64,000 nt of DNA from Kiritimatiellia bacterium (GCA_045617985.1 JAZLJP010000054.1:3330-67329), one strand, 5' to 3'; positions 52,317-61,242 are shown, counted from the first letter of the stretch. Program-made: numbers and translations. The notes: generated by a model not told the origin, from the sequence alone.

Positions 52317-54131
52317 ATGAAGCGCGTTGAAGTTGTTGTGGTGGCGTTTTTGACGGTTTGCGGGGTTTCGGGGAGCGAGGCGGTGACGCGGGCGGCTCTG
52401 CAGGCGGAGATCGCCTCGCGCCTTCGGATTCCCGATCTTGGCGAGCAGCTCGCGCGCCCGATTCTGCCGCAGGCGGCGTGGATGAGTTCCGATCGTGCCA
52501 CCGCCCGGCCGTTTGGCGAGGCAAAGACGCTGATGCGGTGGGCGATTGGAAGTGAAACGCTCGCAACGGGGCCGTATGGCGACTTGCTGGTTGAACGCTC
52601 CGCCTACAGGCATCAGAACGGCGTGGACTTGCCGTCGGTGATGTTCGTTCCCTCGCAGCAGGCCGGGGCGCCCGTTGTGGTCATCGGCCAGTCGGCACGC
52701 CTCCTTCGGGAGCAGTTTGTGACGTGGGCGCTTGGCGCGTGGCGCCCCGTGATGGCGCTTGATCTCTTTGGTACGGGCGAAATTGCCGGATGCCTTGAGA
52801 AGGGGAAGAAGGGGAACGGCGAAGACCTCTTCGCGGCGCGGATGAAAGCACGGGGAGAGTCGCTTCTCGACGTGCGCGTGGCGGAGCTTTTGACCGTGCT
52901 GGAAGGCCTGAAGGCGCGTTTCGGGGCGGCCGCGACGGTGCTTGCGGGGAGCTCGACCTTCGAAGTCGCGAAGCAGGCTTCTGCGCGGCGGCCCGACCTC
53001 GTGGGCGAAGTTGTGCGGGCCTGCGGCAAGGCCACCGTGATGCCTTCCGAGATGGAGCCGAATTGGCGAGCCGATACGGCCGCCTTCCAAGCGCGTATCG
53101 ATGCGTTGGCGGCGAAGGGCGGAGGAACGCTCGTCGTCGAGCCGGGCCTCTATCGCCTTGGCGCGGTGACAATCAAGCCGGGCGTCGATTTGCACTTGAA
53201 GAAGAACGCCGTTCTTCTTGGCGTCGATGTGGAAGCGGCCTATCCGAAATGTACGACGCGCGTCGAGGGGCGCACGGGGACCTATTGCCCCGCGATCCTC
53301 AATGCCGATCGGTGCGACGGCCTCAGGATTTCGGGCGAAGGGATTGTCGATGGGCTTGGGTATTCGCTTTGGCATGCGTTTTGGTCGAGCTTGAAGGACT
53401 ATCGTACCAAGCGCGACGTCAACGTGCATGCGGGGCTTCTCCGCCCGCGGGTGCTCTTCGTCAGCAATTCGAAGAATGTGGACGTGAGCGGTGTCACCTT
53501 CAAGAACTCGAAGTTCTGGACCACGCATTTCTATCGCTGCCTGAACTTGACGGTGCACGACTGCGCGATGTACGCCGATACGATCAACAGCCTGAAAGGG
53601 CCCTCTACGGACGCCATCGATCTCGATGGTTGCCGGGATGTTGTTGTGACGAACGTGCTCATGAACGTCAATGACGATGCGGTTGTCATGAAGGGCGGGA
53701 TTGGCGCTTGGGCGAACGACCCCGTGAAGTGCCCGTGGAATTCGCCCACGGAAAACGTGCTCGTGACGGATTGCACGTTCGGGCCGATGTGCCACGCCTG
53801 CCTCACGCTCGGGAGCGACTGTTTCCTCGGGCGCAATGCGACGCTCCGCGATAGCCGCGTGTTGGGGGCGTATCTGCTTCTTCATTTGAAGATGCGCGTC
53901 GATACGCCACAGCTCTATGAGAACGTGCTTGTGGAAAACTGCACGGGTTGGGCGGGCACCTATCTGAATGCGCCCGCCTGGACGCAGATGACCGATCTTC
54001 AGGGACGCCCCGAACCGCCCCCTAGCGTGGCGCGTCGCGTGACGATGCGCAACAATAAGGTGGCTTATAAAGTGTTCAAGCGCCTTGCCAAAGAATCGTT
54101 TGTAACCTACGAGGATTTCGATATCCGCTGA
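52317..54131 (+). CDS. GH28-like parallel beta-helix glycosidase with N-terminal alpha/beta-hydrolase-like region
   Basis: Start MKRVEVVVVAFLTVCGVSGSEA (an alternative ATG is at 52290). The C half has GGGTLVVEPGLYRLGAVTIKPGVDLHL, SKNVDVSGVTFKNSKFWTTHF, STDAIDLDGC and NVNDDAVVMKGG (GH28-type NTDG/DD motifs). The N half of about 250 aa has no clear GxSxG. Confidence 0.7.
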   Translation: MKRVEVVVVAFLTVCGVSGSEAVTRAALQAEIASRLRIPDLGEQLARPILPQAAWMSSDRATARPFGEAKTLMRWAIGSETLATGPYGDLLVERSAYRHQNGVDLPSVMFVPSQQAGAPVVVIGQSARLLREQFVTWALGAWRPVMALDLFGTGEIAGCLEKGKKGNGEDLFAARMKARGESLLDVRVAELLTVLEGLKARFGAAATVLAGSSTFEVAKQASARRPDLVGEVVRACGKATVMPSEMEPNWRADTAAFQARIDALAAKGGGTLVVEPGLYRLGAVTIKPGVDLHLKKNAVLLGVDVEAAYPKCTTRVEGRTGTYCPAILNADRCDGLRISGEGIVDGLGYSLWHAFWSSLKDYRTKRDVNVHAGLLRPRVLFVSNSKNVDVSGVTFKNSKFWTTHFYRCLNLTVHDCAMYADTINSLKGPSTDAIDLDGCRDVVVTNVLMNVNDDAVVMKGGIGAWANDPVKCPWNSPTENVLVTDCTFGPMCHACLTLGSDCFLGRNATLRDSRVLGAYLLLHLKMRVDTPQLYENVLVENCTGWAGTYLNAPAWTQMTDLQGRPEPPPSVARRVTMRNNKVAYKVFKRLAKESFVTYEDFDIR

Positions 54132-54133
54132 AA

Positions 54134-56866
54134 ATGAGAGGCCTCTGGTCCATTTACGTCTCTTTGATCCTCGCACTTCCGCTGACGGCCGGCGGGGAAG
54201 AGGCGCCGTCGTTTGCGGCGGCGTTCGAGGCCTATGTTCCCGGCGAGGCCCTTTCGGCGAAGGGAACGCAGAACGGCGCGTGGCGCACGGAGGCGATGAC
54301 GAGCGCGACGAATGTCGTTTCAGGTGGCCGCACGGGTATGGCGCTTACGGGAATCGCCACCTTTGCGGCTGGGCAGGTGCCGACGGGAACGGTTGAACGC
54401 ATCGATATCGCCATGCGGGTGGAGGCGTGGCGCCGGAACCGCATTGCGCAGGACGGCGGGCGTGGCGGGTTCATGCAGTCGCTTGTTGGCGAGAGCACGG
54501 CGCGCGGCTTTCTCGTGTGGGGCGGAGGTCGGTGGCAGGAGACGACGGCCGATGGCGTGGAACCCGAGGAAGGGACGTGGCTTGATGTGCGTATGGAGTT
54601 CAAGAAGATCGGCGACTTTGAGATCGTGGGGTATCTCGTGCGGATGCCCGGGGGGGAGTATGTGCGGTGCCGCACGGCGGATGGCCGCAGTTGGTTCAGC
54701 GCGGGCAAGGGCGGTGCGCGGCGCGAAGTCTCCTTTATCGGCGTGGGCGGGTTTTCCGATTTCGCGGGGCGCGGTGCCGTCGAGTCGCCCGGAACCATCT
54801 GGAACTGGGTGGGCGGCGCGGTGGGCGACTGGGCAGATGCAACGAAGTGGGCGACGAATGGCGTTGCGGGCGCGGGGATGCCGCCCGTGGGGTCGTTTGC
54901 GCTGATTACGAACAAGGTTGCCTTGACGCATGGCGCGGAAGAAGCGCAGGTCTCTTCGCTTCTGGTGGCGGATGGTACGACGTTCGTCGCGGGTACGGTA
55001 CGGACGGCGGTTGACTTGAAGACGAATCGTCCGCGCGCCGGGAAGGCGCTCACGCCCACGGTGGAACCGTTCTTCGGCGTAACGCCCGACTACCGTTTCA
55101 CCTGGCGGCGCGGGTCGTGGGCGAAGGCGTGGGAAAAGGCGCCCGTTGGACGTGAAGCGTCGTTTACGCCCGCGGCACGCGATTTTGAAAGCTGGTTTCG
55201 GCTTGTCGTATCAAACGATGTAGAGCAGATTTTCTCGAAGGACTTCTTTTTTTCGTCGCTTCCCGTGTGTTACCTTACCACTGCGGATGGCGCCGCGCCT
55301 TCGGCGCGCAAGGAGGAACATGCCGGCACCTTGCGCGCACAGGGGAACGATGAGTTCAAGCTCCAGTATGACGGCGGCATGGTCATCAAGATGCGCGGCA
55401 ACTCATCGACGTCCTTCCCGAAGAAGCCCTACAAGATTACGCTTGCGGAAAAGACGAACATGTTCGATCTCGGCGCGAAGAAGAACAAGCACTGGGTGCT
55501 TCTGTGCAACTACAACGACATGACGCAGCTCAGGAACAAGCTGGCCTACGATTTTGCAAATGCCATCGGCTCGCTCGGCATGAAGTCGACTTGGGTGGAC
55601 TGTGTGTTCAACGGCGAGTTCGTGGGGTGCTATCAGTTCTGCGAGCATGTGCGCGTGGCGGCGGGGCGCGTGGATATTTACGACTGGGAAGACGAAGCGG
55701 CGGCGTACGGCGCAACGGAGACCGATTTCTCTGCCATCGACGCCGCGCTCGCGGCGGATCCGGGGGCCGTTGACATTACGGGCGGCTATCTCTTCGAGTT
55801 CGACCTGATGAACGACGAGGTGTCGAAGTTCACGACGACCTCGGGGAAGTTGTCGCTTCTTACGATGCTCCATAAACCCGAGTATCTCTACACCTCGTCG
55901 CGGATGATGGGGTGGTGCCGCAGTTATTTGCAGAATTACTGGGATGCCTGCACGTCGCCGGTTCACCAGTCCCCGGCGGGGCATCACTGGTCGTATTATG
56001 CCGATGTCGATTCAATGGTCGCCTATTGGCTTGTAAACGAACTGCATGCGAATCTCGATGCCTATCAGAAGAGCCGTTATGGCTACATCGACCGGGGCGG
56101 CAAGCTCATGTTCGGGCCGGTGTGGGATTTCGACTATGCGTCGTCTTCGGTTGCCGTTCCCACGGCGCAGGAACCCGATACGTGGATGTGTTCGAATGCC
56201 GATTGGTCGAAGAGCGCCAACAGCTGGAACACGTCGAGTTGGCAGAATTTCGCCAAGTCGTCCTTTCATAAGGAATGGGCGAGCGATCCGTTTTTCTGCA
56301 TGAAGGCGTGTGAGAAGTATTGGCAGATTCGGCCGATCTTCGTGGAACAGATCCGCGACGGCGGTACGATCGACCAGTCTTCGGCACGTCTTGCAGTTCC
56401 CTTGAAAGCAAACGACGCCAAGTGGCCGCGTTCGCGTAATCAGGCCGGCGACACGGCCATCTACAAGAACTATCTTCAACGGCGGCTTCTCTGGCTCGAT
56501 GCGCAATTCAAGGATGTCGCAACGCTCCTCGCCTCGCTCCGGTCGGTGGACCAGACGAATCCCTACGTGCCGGCGGATGTCCTTCTTCGTCCTGCCGTCG
56601 ATGGGCCCGCCCGCGTTGTCTCCGCCCGTCTGCAAGGGGCCACGCGCGTCGAGGTTTACGTGAACGGTCTCCGCCTTGGCTCCTATCCCGTCGCAAACGG
56701 CACCCTCGGTGGCGTCAAGGTTTCGCGAACGAATCTCGATCCGATTCCCCACTGTCAAAATTGCATTACCTTTGCTTCTTACAATTCGTCAGGCACGCTC
56801 ATCGCCCGAAACTACGCGCTCATCGCAACGCCCCCCGATCCCACAACCGTCATCCTCCTCCGTTGA
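54134..56866 (+). CDS. CotH kinase-family protein with long N-terminal extension
   Basis: 910 aa with a signal peptide. CotH core IKMRGNSSTSFPKKPYKITL...KHWVLLCNYNDMTQLRNKLAYDFANAIG...GGYLFEFD. The start lies 2 nt after the upstream stop. Confidence 0.75.
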   Translation: MRGLWSIYVSLILALPLTAGGEEAPSFAAAFEAYVPGEALSAKGTQNGAWRTEAMTSATNVVSGGRTGMALTGIATFAAGQVPTGTVERIDIAMRVEAWRRNRIAQDGGRGGFMQSLVGESTARGFLVWGGGRWQETTADGVEPEEGTWLDVRMEFKKIGDFEIVGYLVRMPGGEYVRCRTADGRSWFSAGKGGARREVSFIGVGGFSDFAGRGAVESPGTIWNWVGGAVGDWADATKWATNGVAGAGMPPVGSFALITNKVALTHGAEEAQVSSLLVADGTTFVAGTVRTAVDLKTNRPRAGKALTPTVEPFFGVTPDYRFTWRRGSWAKAWEKAPVGREASFTPAARDFESWFRLVVSNDVEQIFSKDFFFSSLPVCYLTTADGAAPSARKEEHAGTLRAQGNDEFKLQYDGGMVIKMRGNSSTSFPKKPYKITLAEKTNMFDLGAKKNKHWVLLCNYNDMTQLRNKLAYDFANAIGSLGMKSTWVDCVFNGEFVGCYQFCEHVRVAAGRVDIYDWEDEAAAYGATETDFSAIDAALAADPGAVDITGGYLFEFDLMNDEVSKFTTTSGKLSLLTMLHKPEYLYTSSRMMGWCRSYLQNYWDACTSPVHQSPAGHHWSYYADVDSMVAYWLVNELHANLDAYQKSRYGYIDRGGKLMFGPVWDFDYASSSVAVPTAQEPDTWMCSNADWSKSANSWNTSSWQNFAKSSFHKEWASDPFFCMKACEKYWQIRPIFVEQIRDGGTIDQSSARLAVPLKANDAKWPRSRNQAGDTAIYKNYLQRRLLWLDAQFKDVATLLASLRSVDQTNPYVPADVLLRPAVDGPARVVSARLQGATRVEVYVNGLRLGSYPVANGTLGGVKVSRTNLDPIPHCQNCITFASYNSSGTLIARNYALIATPPDPTTVILLR

Positions 56867-56934
56867 CCGGCGCTTGAAGCTCCATGTTCTGACACGGAGA
56901 TTGTGGGCGGTTCCGAAAAACTCAAGAGCGGTTG

Positions 56935-56964
56935 TTGACGATAGACGTTGGAACTTGCTATAAT
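56935..56964 (+). promoter_or_regulatory. promoter of the FG-GAP/GH36 gene
   Basis: TTGACG, N18, TGcTATAAT. Confidence 0.55.
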
Positions 56965-57014
56965 CATTGAAATTCTATTTCAGGCTTTCCTTGAATCCAT
57001 AACAGGATCGAATC

Positions 57015-60000
57015 ATGTTGAAAACGAAACCTTGGCAGAAATGGGGATTGGAATGTACCCTTAAAGCCCCGAAGACGGTGGGCGGATGGTTTGTTTGCGG
57101 GTGGATGGCGCTTGCGGTCCTCCCGGGTGCGGCGCTTGCGGCGGAGGATTTCGTTCGCCTCGCGTACAATGATGCCGGCATTGCGGATCTCGGGGTGGGG
57201 CTGTGGGCCTGGCCGAGCGCGATGGACTGGGATGGCGATGGCGACCTCGATCTCGTTGTCTCCACGCCCTGCGTGCCGTCGCCCGGCACGTGGTTCTTCG
57301 AGAATCCCGGAAAGGGATCCAAGGATCGCTTCCCCGTTTTCAACGCGGGCGTGTTGATCGGCCCCGGGTTCGGGAACATCGCCACGAGTTATGTGCAGAA
57401 AAAGCCGGTCGTGTTGCGCCCGGGCGTGGCGAACTGGAATCCGTTCGCCGCGTGGAAGGCGGCAACGCCGCTCAAGGGCCTTCCAGCGAACGTCCATTCC
57501 GCGAAAGTGCGCGGCAACGTGTGGCGGCTCGTCGATTGGGATGGCGATGGCCGTGAGGACGTGCTCGTGGGCGTGGAGGATTACACGGCCTATGGCTGGG
57601 ACAACGCCTACGCGCCGGACGGCACGTGGAAGAAGGGCCCGATCCGCGGTTTCGTCTACGTGTGCCGAAACGTGAAGGGCGAAGGCCCTACGGCCGAATA
57701 CGCAAGCGCCGTACGCGTGACGCTCGCCAACGGCCAGCCCCTCGAGACCTTCGGCAACCCCATGCCGATGGCGGCGGATTGGGATGGCGATGGCGACCTC
57801 GATCTCCTCTGCGGGTCGTTCATGGACGATTTCACCTACTTTGAAAATACGGGCACGCGTACGGCGCCCGTGTTCGCCCCCGGCCGTAAGGTCAGGTCGT
57901 CAACAGGCACGCGCCTGCACATGGACCTTCAGATGATCACGCCTTCGGCCGTCGACTGGACGGGCGATGGCGCCCTCGACATCGTCTGCGGCGACGAGGA
58001 CGGGCGCGTGGCGCTTCTTGCGAATACGGGCAAACTTCAGGACGGCGCGCCCACGTTCGCGCCGCCGCGCTATTTCCGCCAGCGCATGGACGCGCTCAAG
58101 TTCGGCGCGCTCTCCACGCCCGTCGCCGTCGACTGGGACGGCGATGGCGACGAAGACCTCATCTGCGGCGATTCGGCCGGCCACATCGCCTTCATCGAGA
58201 ACCGCAGCGGCGCGGGCGTCGCGAAGCCTCGTTGGGCGAATCCCGTGCTCTTCTCGTTCGACGGCAAGGACTGGCCGATCCCGCAGACGAAAAACGGCGT
58301 GATCACGGCGCGGCCGATTCGCATCCAGGCGGGCGAAAACGGGTCCATCCAGGGGCCGTGCGAAGCGAAGTGGGGCTATACGGTTCTTTCTGTGGCGGAT
58401 TGGGACGGCGACGGTTTTCTGGACATCCTCGCCAACGGCATCACGGGCGACGTGGTGTGGTTCCGCAATCCGGGCCGCACGGGGGCGTGCACGCTCGAGG
58501 CGCCGCGCGCGGTCGAAGTGGAATGGACGGGTGAACCCCTCCAGCAGGCGTGGGGGTTCCGCCGCGCCAAGGGAAAGGCGCTCCTCACCGCGTGGCGCAC
58601 GACGCCGCTCGCCTTCGATTGGACGGGCGACGGGCTTGTGGATCTCGCGATTCTCGACGCGGAAGGGTATCTCGCCCTCTTCGAACGGGCGAAGGCGAAC
58701 GGGCGCCTTGTTCTCAAGGCGCCGCGCCGCGCGTTCTGCTGGAAGGACGGCACGCCGATTCGGCCTAACGCGAAGACGGCGGGCGCAAGCGGCAGGCGCA
58801 AGCTCTGCGTGGCGGACTGGGATGGCGACGGCCGCATGGACCTCATCGTGAACGGCACGAATGCCGAATGGTGGCGCCAGGTCGAAGCGAAGGACGGCAC
58901 GTGGTTCTTCGAGAACCGCGGCGCGCTCGGCAAGCGCCGCCTCGCGGGCCACACGACGTGCCCCGCGGCGTGCGACTTCGATGGAAACGGCGTACCCGAT
59001 CTCCTTCTCGGTGCGGAAGACGGGTTCTTCTACCATCTTGAAAATCCGCGTCGCGCGGCGGCGCCGCAGAACGAGCGCATCGTTCTCGACAACGGCGTTG
59101 TGCGGCGCGAACTCTCCACGGCAGGCGGCCATCTCGTTTCGAAGGCGTACCAAACGAAGCTGCCTGGCCCGTGCGAGTATCTGCGGCGCGGCGCGCAAAG
59201 CGAGTTCGCCGTCATGGTCAACGACCGGTTCTATCGCGGCTATGACACCTGGAAGAACATCGCCGCCACCACGCGCACGCTCGCGAACGGCGGGCGGCAG
59301 ACTGCGGTCTCGCTCACCGAGCCGAACGGTCTTTTCCAGCTTGCGCTCACCTACACGCTCTATCCGAATCTGCCGCTTGTGCGCAAGACCCTTGCCGTGA
59401 CGAACCTCGGCGCGGGCGATCTCAAGGTCGAGGCCGTCAATGTGGAAGACCTCTCGCTCGCCTTTGCGGCCACGCCTTCCGTCACCTTCCGCCAGTATGC
59501 GCGCTATCGCGCGCAGGGGCCGTACGACGGCGATTGGAACGACCCGCTCGTGGTGATCCACAACCAAGGTGCGCAGAACGGCATGGCCATCGGCAATGAA
59601 ACGCCGGGCGTCATCAAGCGCACGGCCACGTTCAAGAGCGGTTCGGTTCTCCATGCGGGCACCACGTTCCCCAACCATCCCTATCCGTTCCGCCGCTGGC
59701 TCAAGCCGGGCGCCACGTGGACGAGCGCGGCCGTCTTCACGGCGCCCTACAACCGTTCGGCCGATCCGCAGCGGGTCGTGGGCGGTACGGTGCAGACCTA
59801 CGTGCGCAAGTACATGGGAACGCGCATCGAACAGATTCCGCATAAGCCGATGTTCGTTTACAACACCTGGGTGCCGTTCCGGCGGGCGATCGACGAAAAG
59901 ACCATCCGCGAACTCGCCGCGGCGGCGGCCGATTGCGGAATCGAGGAATTCGTGATCGACGACGGCTGGCAGGTGAACCTCGATTCGCCGAAGGGGCATC

Positions 60001-61142
60001 CCGAGTATCGGGGCGACTGGGATGTGGACCCCGCGAAGTTTCCGAACGGCCTTCGCCCGGTCTTCGACTACATCAAGTCCCTCGGCATGAAGCCGGGCCT
60101 GTGGGTGAGCCTTGCGCTTGCAGATCGTTCCAGCCATCCCTATCGCGAACACCCCGAGTGGATGGCGCTCGATCCGCACGGGCGCCCCGCAAATCTTCAT
60201 GGCGGCGGCCTCGATTCCGCAACCTCCTGCCTGGGGACGGATTGGTACGATTACATCCGCGCAAAGATTCTCCATCTCGTTCGCGAGCATGGTCTTGCCT
60301 ATGTGAAGCTCGACCTTGCGATCGCCACAAGCGCCTACGTCTACGAGAACGGCCGCAGCGGGTGCTATGCAAGCGGCCATCCCGGCCATCGCGACCATGC
60401 CGAGTCGTTCGACGTCATCTACACGCGCTGCCTCGAACTTTTCGACGACCTTCATCGCGAGGCGCCCGATCTCTTCATCGACTGCACGTTCGAGACGGCA
60501 GGCAAACTGCAGCTCATGGACTACGGGTTCGCGCGCCATGCGGAAGGCAACTGGCTCTCCAATATCGGGGCGCGTCCGCCGGCGGGTTCGCTATGGATGC
60601 GCGGCTACGCGTGGGAGCGAACGCCCGCCTTGCCGCCCACGTCGCTCGTCATCGGCAACCTGCACATGAATGGCGAAGACCATCTGCTCTCCTTCAAGTC
60701 CCTCGCGGGGACGCTCCCGATCATGCTCGGCGATCCGCGCCAGCTTTCCGTTGAGGAGCGCGCGGAGTATCGGGCGTGGTCGACGTGGCTCAAGGGGCTC
60801 GAGGCGCGGCATGGCATCATGTCCTTCCGCCAGGACGTGCCCGGCTTCGGCGAGCCGGCGGACGGCGCGTGGGACGCCTTCAGCCGCCTCAACGACGAAA
60901 CGAAGAGCGGTGGTCTTGTGGGCGTGTTCCGTCAAGGCGCGGTGGAGCCGTCGCGCGTCGTCGCCGTGCCGGGGCTCATCCCCGAGGCGCGCTATCGTGT
61001 GACGCGTGCACCTCAGGGAGCGCTCGTTCTCGAGGCGACCGGGCGGGATCTTGCCGAGAAGGGTTTCACGGTCAAATTCGAACAGCCGTACGACGGCGAC
61101 CTCTTCGAGGTGGCGCGGCAACCGGATCGCCAAGTGCGATAG
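57015..61142 (+). CDS. FG-GAP/VCBS beta-propeller fused to clan GH-D (GH36-like) alpha-galactosidase
   Basis: 1375 aa. Nine DWDGDGxxDL-type repeats between aa ~70 and ~660 (AMDWDGDGDLDLVV, LVDWDGDGREDVLV, AADWDGDGDLDLLCG, AVDWTGDGALDIVCG, AVDWDGDGDEDLICG, VADWDGDGFLDILAN, AFDWTGDGLVDLAIL, VADWDGDGRMDLIVN, ACDFDGNGVPDLLLG). These are followed by EEFVIDDGWQ, LGMKPGLWV and LAYVKLDLA, typical of melibiase-type enzymes. Confidence 0.75.
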   Translation: MLKTKPWQKWGLECTLKAPKTVGGWFVCGWMALAVLPGAALAAEDFVRLAYNDAGIADLGVGLWAWPSAMDWDGDGDLDLVVSTPCVPSPGTWFFENPGKGSKDRFPVFNAGVLIGPGFGNIATSYVQKKPVVLRPGVANWNPFAAWKAATPLKGLPANVHSAKVRGNVWRLVDWDGDGREDVLVGVEDYTAYGWDNAYAPDGTWKKGPIRGFVYVCRNVKGEGPTAEYASAVRVTLANGQPLETFGNPMPMAADWDGDGDLDLLCGSFMDDFTYFENTGTRTAPVFAPGRKVRSSTGTRLHMDLQMITPSAVDWTGDGALDIVCGDEDGRVALLANTGKLQDGAPTFAPPRYFRQRMDALKFGALSTPVAVDWDGDGDEDLICGDSAGHIAFIENRSGAGVAKPRWANPVLFSFDGKDWPIPQTKNGVITARPIRIQAGENGSIQGPCEAKWGYTVLSVADWDGDGFLDILANGITGDVVWFRNPGRTGACTLEAPRAVEVEWTGEPLQQAWGFRRAKGKALLTAWRTTPLAFDWTGDGLVDLAILDAEGYLALFERAKANGRLVLKAPRRAFCWKDGTPIRPNAKTAGASGRRKLCVADWDGDGRMDLIVNGTNAEWWRQVEAKDGTWFFENRGALGKRRLAGHTTCPAACDFDGNGVPDLLLGAEDGFFYHLENPRRAAAPQNERIVLDNGVVRRELSTAGGHLVSKAYQTKLPGPCEYLRRGAQSEFAVMVNDRFYRGYDTWKNIAATTRTLANGGRQTAVSLTEPNGLFQLALTYTLYPNLPLVRKTLAVTNLGAGDLKVEAVNVEDLSLAFAATPSVTFRQYARYRAQGPYDGDWNDPLVVIHNQGAQNGMAIGNETPGVIKRTATFKSGSVLHAGTTFPNHPYPFRRWLKPGATWTSAAVFTAPYNRSADPQRVVGGTVQTYVRKYMGTRIEQIPHKPMFVYNTWVPFRRAIDEKTIRELAAAAADCGIEEFVIDDGWQVNLDSPKGHPEYRGDWDVDPAKFPNGLRPVFDYIKSLGMKPGLWVSLALADRSSHPYREHPEWMALDPHGRPANLHGGGLDSATSCLGTDWYDYIRAKILHLVREHGLAYVKLDLAIATSAYVYENGRSGCYASGHPGHRDHAESFDVIYTRCLELFDDLHREAPDLFIDCTFETAGKLQLMDYGFARHAEGNWLSNIGARPPAGSLWMRGYAWERTPALPPTSLVIGNLHMNGEDHLLSFKSLAGTLPIMLGDPRQLSVEERAEYRAWSTWLKGLEARHGIMSFRQDVPGFGEPADGAWDAFSRLNDETKSGGLVGVFRQGAVEPSRVVAVPGLIPEARYRVTRAPQGALVLEATGRDLAEKGFTVKFEQPYDGDLFEVARQPDRQVR

Positions 61143-61149
61143 GACGCGC

Positions 61150-61179
61150 TTGACTCCGCGTGTCATGGTATGCTAGAAT
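61150..61179 (+). promoter_or_regulatory. promoter of the second giant LamG gene
   Basis: TTGACT, N18, TGcTAGAAT. Confidence 0.55.
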
Positions 61180-61242
61180 GTTATTGCCTTGGAACATGGG
61201 GTTTCGAGGTAGAGGTTGGTTTGCCTGCTTGAAAGGTCCAAA

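Noticed and set aside
57200-59010. A periodic repeat (DWDGDGD-encoding gattgggatggcgatggcga-like units every ~170-220 nt) that could be mistaken for a CRISPR-like or tandem array.
   Set aside because: The units are in frame within one long ORF and encode FG-GAP/VCBS calcium-binding loops. Spacing is irregular, and repeat identity is high only at the amino-acid motif level.
17-60539. Very long antisense or alternative-frame ORFs in the supplied track. Examples: 17-1981(-) 654 aa, 2005-3912(-) 635 aa, 5004-6623(-), 15265-18045(-) 926 aa, 24610-27696(-) 1028 aa, 44699-48280(-) 1193 aa, 49406-51667(-), 57900-60539(-) 879 aa.
   Set aside because: All of them lie opposite or out of frame to ORFs with clear family motifs. 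Their translations are dominated by R/A/P/G/H with no recognisable domains. This is the expected stop-codon-poor shadow of a high-GC genome.
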